Part shown: piece by piece, positions 60,901-64,000 of the stretch
Numbering within the stretch: position 1 is the stretch's first letter
How the letters are laid out: the number at the start of each line of letters is the position of its first letter
NCBI RefSeq assembly: GCF_027921745.1
Contig: NC_079239.1
Coordinates: 744,001 to 808,000 of the forward strand
DNA: 64,000 bases
Direction: 5' to 3'
Source: Schizosaccharomyces osmophilus
Taxonomy: Eukaryota
Notes under the pieces: generated by a model
Databases searched by the model: none
The model's input: the letters and a program-made list of their open reading frames with translations, nothing else
What the model was told of the DNA's origin: nothing
Position numbers and translations under genes: made by a program

Positions 60901-61301
60901 TGATGGGGTCTTTTGGAACGGAAGCTTTAGGATTGGGATCTCCGACTCCTATGCGCAGTAGACCCACACCTATTCGGCGGCCGAGTCAAAACAATCCCCT
61001 GTTAATGAAGAAGCCGCTTAAGGAGGAAAGAGTGGGTAGTCGTGCTTTATTAGACGAAAACTCGGATACAGTTTTGTCTCAAAACCCGGCGTTGGGTGCG
61101 TCCTATGACGGATTGAACAGACGAGGAAGTCAAGGATATGCAAAGTCTTTGAATTATTCTAGCTGGAATTCGCCTAACAATACCTCGTTTTACAATCCGC
61201 TCTCTAGTGGCCCATGGAGTTCAGCGCTGGGCGCTTTTACTCCGAATAGTTTGACAACAGACGCTCCACGGGGGCAATACACATGGGCAAATAAAGGATG
61301 A
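57969..61301 (+). CDS. nst1: Stress response protein Nst1
   Basis: [74 protein letters not shown]; long charged coiled coil. Confidence 0.9.
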   Translation: MGSRELCIEALNAGIQPPSFKDLLLPVSNPAANAKKRNKKKKRQKAKKQAEVSAGAPGMSEDEGLSKIEQLSMHPALDKLMAEKDKEYMEYRRNIESNFTASPNGSSQYYPSLDDMNAISSTDWQFTLESNAAAEPSDECIISSSHIVDEAEFPIHFPTLEEAASSSNMSANSVQNNMSSFPPIEPILPLPTSTSSKKKKKKKKKSKNANPVTIEPIDSQTDAQDDFPSQDQSCYDNADQHGFSSFPNTDFGKPKDKIWAASNTEEREQIREFWLSLSEVERRSLVKVEKEAVLQKMKEQQKYSCSCSVCGRKRLAIEEELEVLYDAYYEELEQYANIQRNRALMQHSNALDEITAPITSPPHVEINEIVDKEESEKDIGFQTESETPEGSIGEDVFHQNDVSVEDGEELSVDKKVSAFTEQFDSIDVDANQVENLPYTPMDPSRHHEKNSYHADLYNFGSSLTVKGGILTVADDLLKNDGKKFIEMMEQLAERRMQREDNSTFHEPEMYDSGIEYDENEDEEDEDIEEEDEDELDLMTDEQRMEEGRRMFQIFAARLFEQRVLQAYREKVAQQRQAKLLEEIEEENRRKQERELRKLKEKERKRDKKKQQRLAKEEERQKREAERLAEETAQKASEAKKAEESRKRKEEQRLKKEEKKRLQDLERQRKEERRRMEAEERQKQKEQEKKLKKQQEEERQNALLEQQLRLQEIKEQKLRQKELEEEEKRRNKEEQENLSLARTKEVEEAEQRLREAKIAAFFAPSKEDAISVASHPPSLPQGLPNAYLQKEPHLSPSGASSTTPNLHSIQSREVNTLPFGTPQPKPIYQNPVLLPERLTPSPSFVSSSSFSSPLNIPNSSLCIDNNGRSRQFSTGTPNLLNPNRNSNGLYSPVSLLNNHGSFGLSPGTRNSLGQTASVHYPRFSNCISPLSRKLSSSNTPPLLSRLNLVSNAQQNPSELNGMAGNHASNMDMATSKETLMGSFGTEALGLGSPTPMRSRPTPIRRPSQNNPLLMKKPLKEERVGSRALLDENSDTVLSQNPALGASYDGLNRRGSQGYAKSLNYSSWNSPNNTSFYNPLSSGPWSSALGAFTPNSLTTDAPRGQYTWANKG

Positions 61302-61730
61302 TATTTAGTGACCTTCTTCATGTCTGTTATGTTGTTTATTGTTCCCTTGTTTTGTTTGTTAACTTGTATTGGTTTTATCACTAATACACTAATGCTGGGA
61401 TTCAATTGGTTTCTTTTGTGTTAGTAAAAGAAAGTTATCTAATAATATTAATTTTTACGCTTAACAGTTGTGTAAAATTAAACAAATAATAAACTAAGCA
61501 AAGATTATATTTTTCCTATTACCCTAAGAAGTAATATGTATATTTTTGGTTTAGGGAAAATAAGTAGAAAGAACCGAGTGTAACGTTTGAAAAATAAATA
61601 GATTAAAAAATGAAAAATAGCAAATTTATATATATGTATAGGCAGTCCAGCTACAAATCATACAGAATCCTGTCAATTAAATATGCAAACAGATTATATA
61701 AAAAAAAAAAAACTTCTTAGAGTCAAAGCA

Positions 61731-62759
61731 CTATGATTCAAAAAGGGGAGGTAACGAATCAGAAATAGGAGGCATATTTTCCACAGAAGGTAAATGATCC
61801 TCACCTGAGTACGCGGCTAAAAATCTCTTCCTCCAATTTTCATCTTCAGCGTAAAAAGAAGTCGGGCCATATTCGGGATCGATATTTGTATTAACACTGG
61901 GATCTTCAAAAGTATGTGGTTCTTCTTCAAGCGCTCCAAGAGGATTTTCAATTAAACCATCGTCTTCTTCCTCAGTAAAATCGTTCAAATTCATTTTTTC
62001 ATTGTTTTGAAACCATTGGAAAGGACCTTCTAAAGACACTGACTCTGGAGCTGGCACGCTGTTCGACAGAATAGAGGCTTCCTCAAGTAAAGCGGGTGAG
62101 GAATCCAAAATACTTTGAGAATACAAAGGAGTTGTATGAATTGTACTTACAGCAAGATTGCCATTGATGGCTTGTCGCAATTGAAAAAAAGGTTGACGTT
62201 TCGACTCCATGGAAGTTTGGACAGAGTTCACTAAAACCTTCTTCAGCAGCTCGCATAATTCTGCCGGTTCCCTTAAAGCTTCTACAGGGAAAAGACCATG
62301 GTACTTTTCGTACTTTGGAGATGCAAACCTTATTGCCACTTGTTGCAAAGGAATCTCTTGATCTTCTCCTTCTAACAAGTCAGCTAAAGCTTTTTCAATT
62401 TTCTGGGTATGCGAATTAGTTTCAGAAGTTTTTGTCATATAGGGATTTGATGCAACTTCAGATAGCAAAGGCTCGTCAGTACCCTCTTTGTAAAAAACAT
62501 TCAATACTTCTGAAGTAGTCTTCTGATTCTGTTCTACTGTATCTTCTTCTTGAACACGGTGTTCAGCATGATCAGACGGCCAAGCTGTCGTATTCTCAGC
62601 TTTGAGTTTTTTTGCCCATGGTTCCCCTTGCTCCGAATAGTTCCCATCTACTAAATGCTCTCTTTTCGGTACATTTTTTTCGGGAAAGTAGAGTAAATAA
62701 TTCAAATGCTCTTCTAATTCATTTCCTGCAGAAATGGTAGAATCCGGCTCAAACGCCAT
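61731..62759 (-). CDS. Lineage-specific acidic hypothetical protein (position of SPAC29E6.09); 5' end uncertain
   Basis: About 342-aa open frame with no recognisable domain; recalled synteny after nst1. Confidence 0.7.
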   Translation of the reverse strand: MAFEPDSTISAGNELEEHLNYLLYFPEKNVPKREHLVDGNYSEQGEPWAKKLKAENTTAWPSDHAEHRVQEEDTVEQNQKTTSEVLNVFYKEGTDEPLLSEVASNPYMTKTSETNSHTQKIEKALADLLEGEDQEIPLQQVAIRFASPKYEKYHGLFPVEALREPAELCELLKKVLVNSVQTSMESKRQPFFQLRQAINGNLAVSTIHTTPLYSQSILDSSPALLEEASILSNSVPAPESVSLEGPFQWFQNNEKMNLNDFTEEEDDGLIENPLGALEEEPHTFEDPSVNTNIDPEYGPTSFYAEDENWRKRFLAAYSGEDHLPSVENMPPISDSLPPLFES

Positions 62760-64000
62760 CAAACCTTCAATTTGTAAGAAGTTTATAATTTATCGTAAAA
62801 TAATTTTTTTTAGGAGTACTCATCTGTTCATTTAGATAAGCTCCTATAGTGGAGTACTAGAACTTACGACCCAACAAAAATCCCTTTGTATTAAGATTCA
62901 CCTAAATGAACCATACCATCGTCGAACGCAAATTGCGTATTGCTTCGTACTCACTATGATATTTTACTTTGGTTTTTCGTCACGTCTAAATACTCTGTAT
63001 AAATTGGCAAAGTAGAATACAACTGTAATTGTTTTTCAAGTTAGAATACGTGATTTTACCTAAGTTCACTAAATATCGAGAGGGAAATATGTATAGCAAC
63101 TACCTGGTGGACTATGTGAGAATGCTGTCAAAACATATATATTAGCTCTTCCAGCAAAATATTCCTAACTGAAGGTTTTGTCTGGGAGTAGCAGGTGCTT
63201 ATATAGTAATAATAAATGACAATTAAAAGAACAATTACTCTAAAAATAGGTTTCCAACTTGCGATATTCCAGTAAAAAAAATCTATTGCTTTTTATCTTT
63301 ATGTTGACTTGTCTAATAATATACTGTTTATTAGTATATTATGCAGTGGCTTAAAGTAATATTTAGAGGCTTCTCTTAACATTTCTACGCTTGAACTGTA
63401 GCTATACAAGTTCTCTAAGATTGATAATTGCTACTGCTACATAGACATACTCCTCATTTTTTCAATAATTGTATTAATTATTCACTATTTCCTTTTTTAT
63501 ATTTCATTAGTTAACTATTATTTACTATTACAAGAATCATGAATAGGAACTATACAAAGCAACAAGCAGAACAATACTTGTAGCTAAATGTCTGTTAAGT
63601 TAAATCAAGTTGCATAGACAATTGGCAATAACCCTGAAGAACTTGCCTCCTGCTGAAACCCCTGTGTGTATTAAACCCGAGCTTGGAAGCATAGTCTCAA
63701 ATACCATAATGTCCTTCGCCCTTGACTTGTTCAATTTAAGTAAATTCATAGAGAACCCACAAAGATCCGTTCGCCTTTAAGGCAGAAATGTGTACACTTG
63801 CGTATCATAATCATCATCAAAACGCAGCTAATCGCTAGGTGCTGCCAAAAATGTTTAAAATTTAACAATGTCATCGGTAAGATGTTTTTTTTTTGGGGAA
63901 ATATAAGGTCTCTTAAAAAACCTATCCCTTCTTTCTTGTATACAAGAGTCTGGAAAAACGGCGTTTACTCATCCACCGAAAAAAGACCAAGAGATAACTC

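Noticed and set aside
63745..63775. Minus-strand AACGGATCT...GGTTCTC resembling the 5.8S rRNA 5' end
   Set aside because: Short gapped match with no continuation; likely chance
1..64000. LTR retrotransposon, wtf driver, 5S rDNA or CRISPR elements
   Set aside because: No TG...CA LTR-like unit, transposase/RT ORF, 5S sequence or spaced direct-repeat array seen

Overview
Eukaryotic genomic DNA from a fission yeast (Schizosaccharomyces, probably not S. pombe itself; the octosporus/cryophilus/osmophilus clade is my inference). It is gene-dense, with short GT-AG introns carrying CTRAY branch points. Gene order follows what I recall of S. pombe chromosome I cosmids c17C9-c9E9-c16-c29E6: alg8, pnu1, tim13, stm1, a Zn-finger/UBX-like gene, scs22, cut8, pex19, tRNA-Ile(UAU), mfs1, a large multi-RRM protein, a CIA30-family gene, vps24, wos2, ybt1, atd1, rad26, ypt2, thr4, sor1 (sororin), a BAP31 homologue, leu2, sfp1, dus3, ura2, srp2, rho2, nst1 and two lineage-specific ORFs. 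No mobile element or CRISPR was seen. The most interesting signals are non-coding. (1) The leu2/sfp1 divergent spacer has back-to-back AUG-free tracts (about 0.9 kb on the leu2 strand, about 1.8 kb on the sfp1 strand) around a central block of about 400 nt, and the sfp1 tract holds a 124-codon AUG-less reading frame. (2) Several of the longer introns fold into G-U-containing hairpins between donor and branch point, the largest about 160 nt in the BAP31 intron. (3) A FLEX-box-rich, apparently non-syntenic RRM gene is present, while cbh1/plr1 appear absent. (4) rho2 has a 6-nt microexon, and scs22 and cut8 have convergent stop codons 1 nt apart. Orthologue names and synteny come from memory, not from a database search.
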